Below are positions 26,109 through 36,362 of a stretch of DNA of 64,000 bases, piece after piece. The notes beneath the pieces were generated by a model. It worked only from the letters and a program-made list of their open reading frames with translations. It was not told the origin of the DNA and did no database searches. Source of the DNA: an uncultured Flavobacteriales bacterium (GTDB lineage Bacteria > Bacteroidota > Bacteroidia > Flavobacteriales > UBA7312); assembly GCA_913041085.1 (NCBI GenBank), contig CAJWHN010000002.1:3008-67007 (forward strand). Direction: 5' to 3'. Position 1 is the stretch's first letter; each line of letters starts with the position of its first letter. Both the position numbers and the translations under genes were made by a program.

Positions 26109-29100
26109 CGTATCAAGCTAATATTACCTTTTTTGAAAAAGGACTTTTGCCCTCCTATACAGCCAATATTGAGGTGGTAATCGAAGACAGAAGAAGGCTG
26201 TAACTCCCCTTTAAAATAACCGTCCCAAGGCTCTTTTTTGTCTTGGGTGTAAAAGACTTTCTGTCCCCATCGGTTGAATATATTGAGCTCAAAATCTTGA
26301 ACGATATTCAATTCATCTTTGATTCGGAATTTTTCATTCAACAAATCGCCATTTGGAGTAAAAGCATTGGGAATAAGGATATTGTCTTCGCTACAACATG
26401 CTTCGCCCAAAGCAACATCTATTCTTCCTGTTTCACTGCACCCAAATTGCCTAACTTCCATATAGTATGTGCCAACAGTAGATACTACTAAAGTATCTTG
26501 CTCCAAAACTGAAGAACTTTCCAAAGCTGTTGTCCATATAATTTGTGCTGAATCGCTGGTTTCTACCCTCAAGACAATGGGCAAACCGCATATTTCTGAG
26601 TTTGCAGAATAATCGAAAGGCACTTTCCTAACTGCCACATACTGACTGAGTGTATCGAAGCAATTATCGGACTGACCTATGAAATAATAAAACATAGAAT
26701 CTGTAGGCCAGGCATAAGTGCTAGATTCTGAAGGATTAGCTATAGCAACATTGGGCGACCATTGATAGGTAAAACCGTCCATTTCAGTTCCTTGTAAAAG
26801 TACACTATCGCCTTCACAGATAAATAAGCTATCCAATTCTTGGTATTTATTGTCGTCTATGGTAATATTCTTGATGATACTATCCACCAAATTGCAGGAG
26901 GTAGGGTCGTTAGTAACGAGTAAGACTTCATAGTTTCCTACCGCCGAAAAGGTATGAATGGGTGTCATTTCGGTAGAAGTTGTGCCATCTCCAAAATCCC
27001 AATAGTAGTAGTTGTTTTCTCCTAAACTCAGATTTTCAAAAACTACTGTCCAATCGCAAGTCAATTCTGGAGCATTGAAATTAGCAACAGTCAAAGGGAA
27101 GTCTGGATCAAACTTAAAGACTGCATTATTACAACTCGCCCCATTGGTATTGGATACGGCATTGTCAGTAGTAGGAAAATCAGAAAAACCCCCACAACCC
27201 GCACAAACGGACTGATAAACGATGCCTTTTTTATCAAAACGACTGGTTCCACCATCCACGTGTTCAGCAGCTTGATCCCCTCCAAAAAAGGAAGCGAAAG
27301 ACAAGGTGTTAGCATCGTCCTCAAAAATAATAAGGTAGAAATCACTACCGTCTGTTTCGTCTTGAAAAGCATCAAAAGTAGTCACCAAATCGGAAGTGCT
27401 ACCGCCAGGTCCTAAATGTATGGAATCGTTGGTAGTGCCTCCCCAACCCGAGCAATAAATCCTATTACAAGCATCGACCAAAAAAGCCGTAGGAGAAATG
27501 TCTATTCCACCACTTCCTGAACCAAAAACAGTAGAAAAATCTAAGGTGTTAAGTTCTGAATTTAGCTTACTTACAAACTGACCGCTATTAGGCTGAGAAA
27601 ATACCGCATTAAATATCAAAGTGTTGTCAGGAGCTAAACTTTGTCCAAACAAATACACTTGATCCAACTTATCCAATTCTATAAAATAGGACTGGTCGTA
27701 TTGGTCAGAACCGTAATAGGTAGAGCTCAAAAGTGTCTGGCCATCTTTAGAAAAATGAGATACAAAAGCATCTACTGAACCTCCTAAATAATCTGATGCA
27801 TAAGCCCCATTGGTAGTCGCTAAATTATCAGACGATGTGCCTCCACAAGCGTACAAATCGTTATTGGAATCAAAGGCTAATGAGTACAAAGCATCGTCAC
27901 TACTGCCACCAAAATATGAACTCCATTGAATGGCACTCAAATCCAAATCTAGTTTTACTATTATACCATCTTGACCTCCATTGATAGCGGGTTGAATTAA
28001 ACTATTGACAATAGGAAAGTCTGAAGAAAAAGTTGATGAAGCGATGTAACAATTTCCATCAGTATCAATGTCTATTTCGCCTCGCATCTGGTCAGCATAG
28101 TTGTAACGTAAAGTAGCCGAGCTATTAAATCCATCGTTGTCTGTCCCCCCTAAAAAGGTCGAGGACAATAAGTCTGTCCCTTCTGCATTCAGACGACTGA
28201 TAAAAATATCACAACCGTTGGTGTAGTTGAGGCCTACCCCATTGACAGCAAGAGCCTGTCCGCCATTGAATGTATTGTCAAAAGCCCCTTCGCTAGTAGG
28301 GAAGTCTGCTGAACCTGTTGTACCCATAACAAATAATTCTTCGTCATAAACAATAAGACTATGAGGCACCTCATCGCCAGAACCTCCTAAATAGGTAGAA
28401 TAAACCATAAATGTACCCGTAGTATCGTACTTACTCAACACCACATCATTACCCACAACACCACCGTTATAGGCTGTTTGGTATGCCCCAACAGTAATGG
28501 GATAACCTATGTTATATGCTGTCCCTCCAGCATATAAAAAGCCGTAGTCGTCATAGGTGGCAGTATATCCAAAGTTACTTGCTACTGAACCCGAGTATGA
28601 AGAAAATATCATTTCAGGGTCAATTATCAATTCCTTATTACGGTCATAACCCTTAGGGAATTCAAACGATAAGCGTTGTTTTTTCCATACAAAACGACAA
28701 GCTACCTCAACTTTTTCGCCATTATGCCACTGATAAGCATAGGGGCGTTCTTCTCTAATTTCATTTAAAACAGTACGTAATACCAATCGGCCATCTTCAA
28801 TGCCTTTATCTTTGACTCCTTCAAGACGTAGTTTAATATCTGAAGGGTCAGCATTTGGCTGAACTATCCAATCGTATTTAAGACCTCCAGCATATTCATA
28901 AATGCTATAATCTATGCCGTCATACAAATTATTATAATTGACTTTTTTATAAGTTCTGACTTCGGATACTAAGGGCTTAACATTGAAAAAATTAACCACC
29001 CCTTCTCTTTCTTCTTCAAAGCTGATTTTGGGAGTATTGGCTCTAACAAAGTGCCATTTGAAAGCATGAGCTTGAATGCTATCGACCATGGTGTCGTAAT

Positions 29101-29296
29101 CGTGTGAATGGCTAAAATAAGTAGCGTCAATGAAATTAAAAGTAAGAGCTTTTTCTTCTAGGAACATGGCCCCATTAGCTAAATTCACTTTGGCTTTGAC
29201 AGCTTTATTCAATTGCCCTTTGTTTGGGGTAAAAAATACTTGTGCCGATAAGTTGCACCAGCACAATACCATCAATAATCTAAGCAAAGCTCTCAT
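26105..29296 (-). CDS. Large T9SS cargo: SBBP-like beta-propeller repeats, PKD domain and type-B (gliding-motility-associated) C-terminal domain
   Basis: 1063 aa with a signal peptide. Repeats YSTYLGGSGDE, SSTFLGGTDND, WSSYFGGSSDD, SSTYYGSDQYD. PKD domain YWDFGDGTTSTEMTPIHTF. The C-terminus IPNAFTPNGDLLNEKF...FNRWGQKVF...WDG is the CHU_C / type-B CTD. Confidence 0.8.
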   Translation of the reverse strand: MRALLRLLMVLCWCNLSAQVFFTPNKGQLNKAVKAKVNLANGAMFLEEKALTFNFIDATYFSHSHDYDTMVDSIQAHAFKWHFVRANTPKISFEEEREGVVNFFNVKPLVSEVRTYKKVNYNNLYDGIDYSIYEYAGGLKYDWIVQPNADPSDIKLRLEGVKDKGIEDGRLVLRTVLNEIREERPYAYQWHNGEKVEVACRFVWKKQRLSFEFPKGYDRNKELIIDPEMIFSSYSGSVASNFGYTATYDDYGFLYAGGTAYNIGYPITVGAYQTAYNGGVVGNDVVLSKYDTTGTFMVYSTYLGGSGDEVPHSLIVYDEELFVMGTTGSADFPTSEGAFDNTFNGGQALAVNGVGLNYTNGCDIFISRLNAEGTDLLSSTFLGGTDNDGFNSSATLRYNYADQMRGEIDIDTDGNCYIASSTFSSDFPIVNSLIQPAINGGQDGIIVKLDLDLSAIQWSSYFGGSSDDALYSLAFDSNNDLYACGGTSSDNLATTNGAYASDYLGGSVDAFVSHFSKDGQTLLSSTYYGSDQYDQSYFIELDKLDQVYLFGQSLAPDNTLIFNAVFSQPNSGQFVSKLNSELNTLDFSTVFGSGSGGIDISPTAFLVDACNRIYCSGWGGTTNDSIHLGPGGSTSDLVTTFDAFQDETDGSDFYLIIFEDDANTLSFASFFGGDQAAEHVDGGTSRFDKKGIVYQSVCAGCGGFSDFPTTDNAVSNTNGASCNNAVFKFDPDFPLTVANFNAPELTCDWTVVFENLSLGENNYYYWDFGDGTTSTEMTPIHTFSAVGNYEVLLVTNDPTSCNLVDSIIKNITIDDNKYQELDSLFICEGDSVLLQGTEMDGFTYQWSPNVAIANPSESSTYAWPTDSMFYYFIGQSDNCFDTLSQYVAVRKVPFDYSANSEICGLPIVLRVETSDSAQIIWTTALESSSVLEQDTLVVSTVGTYYMEVRQFGCSETGRIDVALGEACCSEDNILIPNAFTPNGDLLNEKFRIKDELNIVQDFELNIFNRWGQKVFYTQDKKEPWDGYFKGELQPSSVFDYHLNIGCIGGQKSFFKKGNISLIR

Positions 29297-29300
29297 AGGG

Positions 29301-29308
29301 TAAAGATA
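29301..29308 (-). promoter_or_regulatory. Near-consensus -7 box TATCTTTA, 4 nt before the T9SS cargo ATG
   Basis: Plus strand taaagata. One mismatch to TAnnTTTG (final G to A). Confidence 0.3.
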
Positions 29309-29322
29309 CTGATTTCAGTAGA

Positions 29323-30552
29323 CTAAAAATTGCTGGCTATAGATTGAATAACATTCATCATGCTGTCTTTTAGAATGGTGTAGGCTTCTAAGTTTTCTTT
29401 TTTAACTGGCTTAGATGGGGGTAACTTCTGTTTGTAAGGGTCTACCTGACGACCATTTTTCCAAAAACGATAACATACATGAGGCCCTGTTGCTAAGCCT
29501 GTACTTCCCACATATCCAATGACTTCTCCTTGCTTGACATAAACTCCAGGGCGTATTCCTGATTTTATTTTGGACATGTGTAAATATTGAGTGCTGTAAG
29601 TACTGTTGTGTCTTACCTTAACGTAATTACCATTGTTACGTTTGTACCTCGCCTCTGTAACGGTACCATTGGCAGTCGATAAAATAGGTGTGCCTGTCGG
29701 TGCAGCATAATCAGTACCCAAATGGGCTTTTATACGACCTGTTACGGGGTGCTTTCTTCGCTTACTAAAACTAGAACTGATACGAGAGTAATTTAATGGT
29801 GCTCTTAAAAAAGCCTTTCTTAAAGCAGCACCTTCATCATCGAAATAATCGCCATAGTTTTCTTCTTCTTCAAAGTAAAAGGCATAAAAATCTTCATTGG
29901 CATGATTGAATAATGCAGCATATACACGCCCTATGCCTATGAATTCTCCTTCAACGTATTTTTCTTCATAAACTACCTTGAAATAATCGCCTTTTTGTAT
30001 TCTAAAAAAGTCTATGGTCCAAGCGTAAATGGAGGATAATTCCATGACTAAAGTAGGACTCATTTTGTTTTCAACTAGTGAATTCCATAAGGAAGATTCT
30101 ATCTGACCACTAGCCTCACGAGTTTTTACCTCAACTTCTTTTTGACCTAAAAATACATCTATGGTATCTCTTATGTCAAAAACGACATAATCTATACTAG
30201 ACATTTCATAAATGAAATATTGGGCTTTCTCAATACTGTCGTTAGAACACAGAACCGTAAACTTCTTACCCGCTTTAGCTTTTCTGAAATCAAAAATTCC
30301 TTTAGAGGCTCTTACTATTTGGTCTATTCTACCGTGGTCTATATGATTGAGATAAAGTACTGCTCCTAAAGTTTGTCCACTTTCTAATTCTCCCCTATGT
30401 ACCTTATAGTCTTCAGTACATATATCATAAAGTACTACACAGGGGTCTGCAAGACTTACTTTATCTTGAGAATTGCAACTTGGAAAGGTAAATGAAATGG
30501 AGATTGCCAACAACAAAAAGCCTACTACATTACCCCATTTATTTTTTTTCAT
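29323..30552 (-). CDS. M23-family metallopeptidase
   Basis: HLGTDYAAPTGTPI...GYVGSTGLATGPHVCYR motifs, with an N-terminal signal/lipobox FTFPSC. Confidence 0.85.
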   Translation of the reverse strand: MKKNKWGNVVGFLLLAISISFTFPSCNSQDKVSLADPCVVLYDICTEDYKVHRGELESGQTLGAVLYLNHIDHGRIDQIVRASKGIFDFRKAKAGKKFTVLCSNDSIEKAQYFIYEMSSIDYVVFDIRDTIDVFLGQKEVEVKTREASGQIESSLWNSLVENKMSPTLVMELSSIYAWTIDFFRIQKGDYFKVVYEEKYVEGEFIGIGRVYAALFNHANEDFYAFYFEEEENYGDYFDDEGAALRKAFLRAPLNYSRISSSFSKRRKHPVTGRIKAHLGTDYAAPTGTPILSTANGTVTEARYKRNNGNYVKVRHNSTYSTQYLHMSKIKSGIRPGVYVKQGEVIGYVGSTGLATGPHVCYRFWKNGRQVDPYKQKLPPSKPVKKENLEAYTILKDSMMNVIQSIASNF

Positions 30553-30561
30553 TCTATACTA

Positions 30562-31557
30562 TCAACTTTCGTTAAGGGCATTTACCACCCACTGTCTGCC
30601 CCAATTTTCCATTTCCTCTTTTGTCCATAATTCTGGGAAAAAGATTCGTTTTTGAAAACGAGGGGGCAAATATTTTTGCCAATTTGTACCGCCTGTTGCA
30701 TCAGCATCACCGTCTTTTGATGACAAATAGCGAACTGCTGATTTGTAATGCACCAATGGCCAATTCACATTGACGTTCAAATCTAATAAACGTAATTGAT
30801 GTATCAAGTCTTTGTCTTGCTGGTCTTCAACACTTAATTGTTGATATTTTGCCAGTAAGTTTTTATCTGAAAAATCATGAGCTCTGTCGATAAATTGCGC
30901 CATATATTTCTTTTCGAAATTTTCGAGCATCAACGTTTTTTTGCCCGTTTTCATATCTATAGCACCGTCTTTCCAATATAAGTGCTGAGCCATATCATCA
31001 ATACTAGAGCCTATCAAACCTTCTCTTTCGTCTTTGTGTGTGAGATTAATAAGGTGTGTACAAGAAATTTCTATCAATCTGTATTGTGCAGACTGAAAAC
31101 CACTAGAGGGCAATAAAGACATTCTGAACTTTAAAAACTGCTCTTTTTCCATGCCATTGACCATGATACCAAAGGAAGACGTTAGCACTTCAAAATAACT
31201 GTTGATTCGTTTTAGGCGTTCTGTAAATAACTCAACCGATAGAGAATCATTCCAACCCATATCTTGACCTTCTTCTGACATTAACTTGCCGTTGTGAGCT
31301 ATTTGATCCAACTCAAGCATAGCCAACTTGAAGTATAACTCTGTAATTTGATGGTAAATGATAAAGATCTGTTCGTCTGGAAAATCAGTTTTGGGGTGTT
31401 GAAGACTCAACAAAGTATCCACATAAGTATAATCCCAATAATGCAAGGGATTAGCATACAGCAAACCATCTAAATAAGCTGGTAAATCTTGACCTATAGA
31501 AGCGTACTTACTGTCTAACTTCTCTATCTTGTCTTTAATCTCTTTAGTCCATTCCAT
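30562..31557 (-). CDS. kynA: Tryptophan 2,3-dioxygenase-family protein
   Basis: ...YWDYTYVDTLLSLQHP...DEQIFIIYHQITELYFKL... is the TDO helical-core pattern. Confidence 0.7.
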   Translation of the reverse strand: MEWTKEIKDKIEKLDSKYASIGQDLPAYLDGLLYANPLHYWDYTYVDTLLSLQHPKTDFPDEQIFIIYHQITELYFKLAMLELDQIAHNGKLMSEEGQDMGWNDSLSVELFTERLKRINSYFEVLTSSFGIMVNGMEKEQFLKFRMSLLPSSGFQSAQYRLIEISCTHLINLTHKDEREGLIGSSIDDMAQHLYWKDGAIDMKTGKKTLMLENFEKKYMAQFIDRAHDFSDKNLLAKYQQLSVEDQQDKDLIHQLRLLDLNVNVNWPLVHYKSAVRYLSSKDGDADATGGTNWQKYLPPRFQKRIFFPELWTKEEMENWGRQWVVNALNES

Positions 31558-31615
31558 AGTAGTAATTTTTTTGGGACAAATTGAACATTAATATTTGTTT
31601 AAGATATGTTTAAAA

Positions 31616-34387
31616 TCATAATACGATATTAACGATTTTCTTCGGAACTATGATAATACGCTTGGGGTTTTTGCCTTCCATATATTGTTTGGTCTTCTCA
31701 AAAGCCATGACTTCTTTTTCTATGTCTTCCTTGCTCAAATCAGCAGAAAGCTCAAGAGTAAAACGCATTTTACCATTAAAAGAAATAGGATAAGTGAAGG
31801 CGTCTTCTTTTAAATGCTGTTCGTCAAATTTAGGCCAATTGGCAAGAGTGACCGATTCCGTATGCCCTAATTTTTCCCATAGTTCTTCAGCAAAGTGTGG
31901 AGCGTAGGGTGCTATCAACACAATTAAATCTTTGAGGATATATCGTTTGTTACATTTCAAATCATTCAACTCATTGACCGCTATCATCAAATTACTAACT
32001 ACCGTATTGAACGCCTTTCTATCGATGTCTTCGGTTACCTTTTTAATGGCTTTATGCAAAGACTTCAATTCTGCTTTTGTTGGCTCGTCATCAGAAAGAT
32101 GGATTTGATTATTTTCATCGTGTGCTAAACGCCAAAACTTTCTTAAAAAATTATGTACCCCATTGATACCTTTTGTATCCCAAGGCTTGAACTGCTCTAA
32201 AGGGCCCAAAAACATTTCATACATTCTTAAAGTGTCAGCACCAAATTTCTCCACCAAATCATCGGGCGTCTGAACATTGTACTTGGACTTTGACATTTTT
32301 TCTACCTCAAAACCACAGATGTATTTGCCTTCATCATTGAGAATGAATTCAGCCTCTTTGTATTCTTCTCGCCATTTTTTGAAAGCTTCAATATCTAAAA
32401 CGTCCTTATCCACAAGCTCAATATCAACATGCATGCGACTGGTTTTGTAGTCTTTTCTCTTATCCAAACTGATGAAAGTATTGCTGTCTTTAATTCGATA
32501 TACAAAATTGGAACGCCCTAAAATCATTCCTTGATTAATCATTTTTTTGAAGGGCTCATCAAAAGCAATAAAGCCTCTATCGTACAAAAACTTAGTCCAA
32601 AACCTAGAGTATAATAAGTGTCCAACAGCATGTTCTGCGCCACCAATGTATAAATCCACTTGCCCCCAATAATCGGCTTTTTCCTTAGACACAAACTCTG
32701 TATCGTTTTGAGGGTCCATATACCTTAAAAAATACCACGAAGAACCTGCCCAACCTGGCATAGTATTATGCTCCATTCTATCGCCTTGAAAAACATTCCA
32801 ATCTTCTTTTTTAGCTCTAGCTAAAGGTGGTTCACCTTCTTCTGTTGGTAGGTATTTATCGACCTCTGGCAATTCTACGCAACTTTCATCATTTGTCAAT
32901 CTAGGGATATCATTTTCATAGTACACTGGAAATGGCTCTCCCCAGTACCTTTGACGACTGAATATAGCATCTCTTAATCTGTAGTTTGTTTTGCCCTTAC
33001 CTATCTCTTTTTTCTCGATGGCTAATATGGCTTGTTGTATGGCTTCTTGGGCAGTAAGACCTGAAAGGAAATCCGAATTATCAATGATAGCCGCTTTATC
33101 TTCATTAGCACCTTCACTAATATCCGTATCTTTAAAGATGTTCTTAATCTCAATACCAAACTTATTAGCAAAATTCCAATCCCTTTGGTCGCCACAAGGA
33201 ACTGCCATAACAGCCCCTGTACCATAAGATGCTAAAACATAATCTCCAATCCAAATTGGTATTTTTTCATTGGTAAAAGGGTGAATTGCATAAGCTCCCG
33301 TAAAGGCTCCCGTTACACTCTTCACATCGGACTGTCTGTCTCTTTCGGACTTCAAGGCTGCTTGTTGGCAATAGCTTTCTACCTCCTCTTTTTGTGAGGC
33401 AGTAGTGATGGAATTTACAAGTTCATGCTCGGGTGCTAATACCATAAAAGTAACGCCATATATGGTGTCTAGTCTAGTAGTAAATACTTCTATTTGCTCG
33501 CTACTATTTTCTACAGAAAAACGAAGCGATGCCCCTTCAGATTTGCCTATCCAGTTGCGCTGAATTTCTTTGATGGAATCGTTCCATTCTACTTGTTCTA
33601 AGCCTTCAAGTAAGCGTTCGGCATAGGCTGTAATTCGCATAGACCATTGCTTCATGAGTTTTTGTTCAACAGGGAAATTGCCTCGTTCTGAACGACCGTC
33701 TTTGACCTCATCGTTAGCCAAAACAGTTCCTAAACCCTCACACCAATTCACCCATGTTTCGGATAAAAACGTCAGTCTGTATTTTAATAAAATGGCTTGT
33801 TGCTCGGCTTCACTCAATGCCTTCCATTCTTCAGCAGTAAATAGTGGCGTGTCTTCATCGCATGGAGATTGCACTAAAGCGTTTCCATTACGTTCTAATT
33901 CTTCTACCAATTCTGAGATGGGCAAAGCCTTATTATCTATGTTACAATAATAGGAGTTAAAAAGTTGCTTAAAAATCCACTGTGTCCACTTATAATAATT
34001 GGGTTCTGAAGTGCGAAGTTCTCTACTCCAATCGAAAGAGAAGCCTATTTTGTCTAATTGTTCTCTGTAACGATTGATATTATTTTCTGTTGTAATAGCA
34101 GGGTGTTGTCCTGTCTGTATAGCATACTGTTCTGCTGGTAAACCAAAAGAATCGTACCCCATTGGATGCAAAACATTAAACCCCTTATGACGTTTGTAAC
34201 GGGCATATATATCTGATGCTATGTAGCCTAATGGATGGCCAACATGCAGACCTGCCCCCGAAGGATATGGAAACATATCTAATACATAAAACTTGGGCTT
34301 GGAAGTATCTTCCTCAACTTTATAGGTTTGCCATTCCCTCCATCGGTCTTGCCATTTTTGCTCAATGCGATTAAAATCGTATTCCAT
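31616..34387 (-). CDS. leuS: Leucine--tRNA ligase
   Basis: FPYPSGAGLHVGHPLGY (HIGH motif), KMSKSK motif, 923 aa. Confidence 0.95.
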   Translation of the reverse strand: MEYDFNRIEQKWQDRWREWQTYKVEEDTSKPKFYVLDMFPYPSGAGLHVGHPLGYIASDIYARYKRHKGFNVLHPMGYDSFGLPAEQYAIQTGQHPAITTENNINRYREQLDKIGFSFDWSRELRTSEPNYYKWTQWIFKQLFNSYYCNIDNKALPISELVEELERNGNALVQSPCDEDTPLFTAEEWKALSEAEQQAILLKYRLTFLSETWVNWCEGLGTVLANDEVKDGRSERGNFPVEQKLMKQWSMRITAYAERLLEGLEQVEWNDSIKEIQRNWIGKSEGASLRFSVENSSEQIEVFTTRLDTIYGVTFMVLAPEHELVNSITTASQKEEVESYCQQAALKSERDRQSDVKSVTGAFTGAYAIHPFTNEKIPIWIGDYVLASYGTGAVMAVPCGDQRDWNFANKFGIEIKNIFKDTDISEGANEDKAAIIDNSDFLSGLTAQEAIQQAILAIEKKEIGKGKTNYRLRDAIFSRQRYWGEPFPVYYENDIPRLTNDESCVELPEVDKYLPTEEGEPPLARAKKEDWNVFQGDRMEHNTMPGWAGSSWYFLRYMDPQNDTEFVSKEKADYWGQVDLYIGGAEHAVGHLLYSRFWTKFLYDRGFIAFDEPFKKMINQGMILGRSNFVYRIKDSNTFISLDKRKDYKTSRMHVDIELVDKDVLDIEAFKKWREEYKEAEFILNDEGKYICGFEVEKMSKSKYNVQTPDDLVEKFGADTLRMYEMFLGPLEQFKPWDTKGINGVHNFLRKFWRLAHDENNQIHLSDDEPTKAELKSLHKAIKKVTEDIDRKAFNTVVSNLMIAVNELNDLKCNKRYILKDLIVLIAPYAPHFAEELWEKLGHTESVTLANWPKFDEQHLKEDAFTYPISFNGKMRFTLELSADLSKEDIEKEVMAFEKTKQYMEGKNPKRIIIVPKKIVNIVL

Positions 34388-34405
34388 TCTAAATTATTTT
34401 GAAAG

Positions 34406-34413
34406 CAAAGTTA
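34406..34413 (-). promoter_or_regulatory. -7 box TAACTTTG upstream of leuS
   Basis: Plus strand caaagtta, 18 nt from the ATG at 34387. Confidence 0.4.
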
Positions 34414-34461
34414 ATCAATCGTCACAACTAAGCACTAAAAATTATTACCTTAGCAAACGTA

Positions 34462-35340
34462 ATGAAACAAGCGCAAGAAAGACATATAAAGCGTAAGCTT
34501 AGAACCTCTTCTTTATCTACTATGCTAAGTATCTCTTTGGTTTTGCTGATGTTAGGCAGTATGGGCTTCATTTTTCTTAACACGCATCGTTTAACGAATT
34601 ATATCAAAGAAAACGTAGGCTTCACATTAATTCTTCAAGAAAACATTAAAAAGGTAGACCGCCTTCAACTTCAAAAAAGTTTAGATGCTTCGCCACAGAT
34701 TAAAAGCACCGAATTTGTTAGCAAAGAAGATGCTGCTAGAATTTTAGCAAGCGATTTAGGAGAAGATTTCATTAGCTTTTTGGGCTTTAACCCATTATCT
34801 GCATCTATTGATGTCTACATGAATGCCGAATATGCCGATGAAAGCCGTATAGATGCTATCGAAAAAGATTTGCAAAAAAACCCCATTATCAAAGAAATAA
34901 TCATTCAAAAGGATCTGATAGCCGCCATCAATACCAATGTTAGAAAACTAAGTGTAATTTTAGTTTCCTTTTGCGCTTTGCTATTAATTGTTGCTATCGC
35001 TTTAATCAATAATACCATTCGACTGACGGTTTACTCACAGCGTTTTACCATACAATCTATGAAATTAGTAGGCGCTACCAACGCTTTTATAAGAAAGCCG
35101 TTTTTAAGAAATGGTATCCTACAAGGTGTTTTTTCTGCTTTAATAGGGATCGTATTTTTAATTATTGCCTTGTTTAGCCTACACAAAGAAATGCCAGAAC
35201 TATTATTACTTGAAGATATACCAACCATTGGAATAATCTTTGTTGCTATTCTTATTTTTGGCGTATTGATAAGTACTATTGTAACCAACTTTTCCGTTGG
35301 TAAATACCTTAAAATGAACGAAAACGATTTATATCATTAA
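34462..35340 (+). CDS. ftsX: Cell-division ABC permease-like protein FtsX
   Basis: 292 aa. N-terminal TM, periplasmic domain and C-terminal FtsX 3-TM bundle. Confidence 0.8.
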   Translation: MKQAQERHIKRKLRTSSLSTMLSISLVLLMLGSMGFIFLNTHRLTNYIKENVGFTLILQENIKKVDRLQLQKSLDASPQIKSTEFVSKEDAARILASDLGEDFISFLGFNPLSASIDVYMNAEYADESRIDAIEKDLQKNPIIKEIIIQKDLIAAINTNVRKLSVILVSFCALLLIVAIALINNTIRLTVYSQRFTIQSMKLVGATNAFIRKPFLRNGILQGVFSALIGIVFLIIALFSLHKEMPELLLLEDIPTIGIIFVAILIFGVLISTIVTNFSVGKYLKMNENDLYH

Positions 35341-35344
35341 AACT

Positions 35345-35566
35345 ATGGAATTTAATTTTGGAAAAAGAAACTATCAGCTTATGATTTTAGGTGTTATGCT
35401 TATTATCACAGGCTATATATTGATGACTGGAGGAAAGTCTGAAGATCCTAATGTTTTTAGCGATGCCATCTTCAGCTTTAGAAGAATGACACTTTCTGTA
35501 ATCTTCCTTATCACAGGACTAGTAATCGAGGTCTTCGCTATATTACATAAGGCTAAAGATGAGTAG
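35345..35566 (+). CDS. DUF3098-like small membrane protein
   Basis: 73 aa, two TM. FGKRNYQLMILGVMLIITGYILMTGG pattern. Sits in the ftsX-(small)-uppP-truB arrangement. Confidence 0.65.
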   Translation: MEFNFGKRNYQLMILGVMLIITGYILMTGGKSEDPNVFSDAIFSFRRMTLSVIFLITGLVIEVFAILHKAKDE

Positions 35567-36362
35567 TATTTTTGCGGCTATCCTGCTAGGGATTATTCAA
35601 GGACTTACCGAATTTTTACCTGTTAGTAGCAGTGGTCATTTAGAAATAACAACCTTTATTTTAGAGCATTTTGGTAGTGAGGGCTTGCCCGAAGAAAATA
35701 TTTTAATGACGGTAGTGCTACATGCAGCTACAGCTTTAAGTACTCTCTTTATTTTTAGAGATGAAGTCGCTCAAATTTTCAGAGGATTACTACAGTTTAA
35801 ATGGAATGAAGAGTTTCAATTTTCATTAAAGATTATTATTTCTATGGTTCCTGCAGCAGTAGTTGGAGTGCTTTTTGATGAGCAAATAGATGCTCTCTTT
35901 GGTGGTAGAATCTTATTGGTTGGCAGTATGCTAATCGTTACTGGTTTACTCCTTTTTATTGCTGATAAAGCTAAGAATACAACTCAATCTGTCAGCTTTG
36001 GACAATCCTTAATTATCGGTATAGCTCAGGCTATTGCTATTCTTCCAGGTATTTCAAGGTCAGGAGCTACTATTTCTACTTCTGTTATTCTTGGTATTGA
36101 TAGAGAAAAGGCAGCACGATTTTCTTTTTTAATGGTTGTTCCTCTCATCTTTGGCAAGATGGGAAAAGACATTTTAAGCGGTGAGATGGCATCCGAAAGT
36201 GCTGCTCTAATTCCCCTACTAGCTGGATTCGTGGCTGCCTTTATTACAGGCCTAATCGCTTGTAAATGGATGATATCACTAGTCAAAAAAAGTCAGCTTA
36301 AGTATTTTTCTTACTACTGTTTTACCATAGGAATTTTGACTATTATTTTCACTGTACTTTAG
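35559..36362 (+). CDS. uppP: Undecaprenyl-diphosphate phosphatase
   Basis: GLTEFLPVSSSGHL...PGISRSGATI motifs. Confidence 0.9.
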   Translation: MSSIFAAILLGIIQGLTEFLPVSSSGHLEITTFILEHFGSEGLPEENILMTVVLHAATALSTLFIFRDEVAQIFRGLLQFKWNEEFQFSLKIIISMVPAAVVGVLFDEQIDALFGGRILLVGSMLIVTGLLLFIADKAKNTTQSVSFGQSLIIGIAQAIAILPGISRSGATISTSVILGIDREKAARFSFLMVVPLIFGKMGKDILSGEMASESAALIPLLAGFVAAFITGLIACKWMISLVKKSQLKYFSYYCFTIGILTIIFTVL

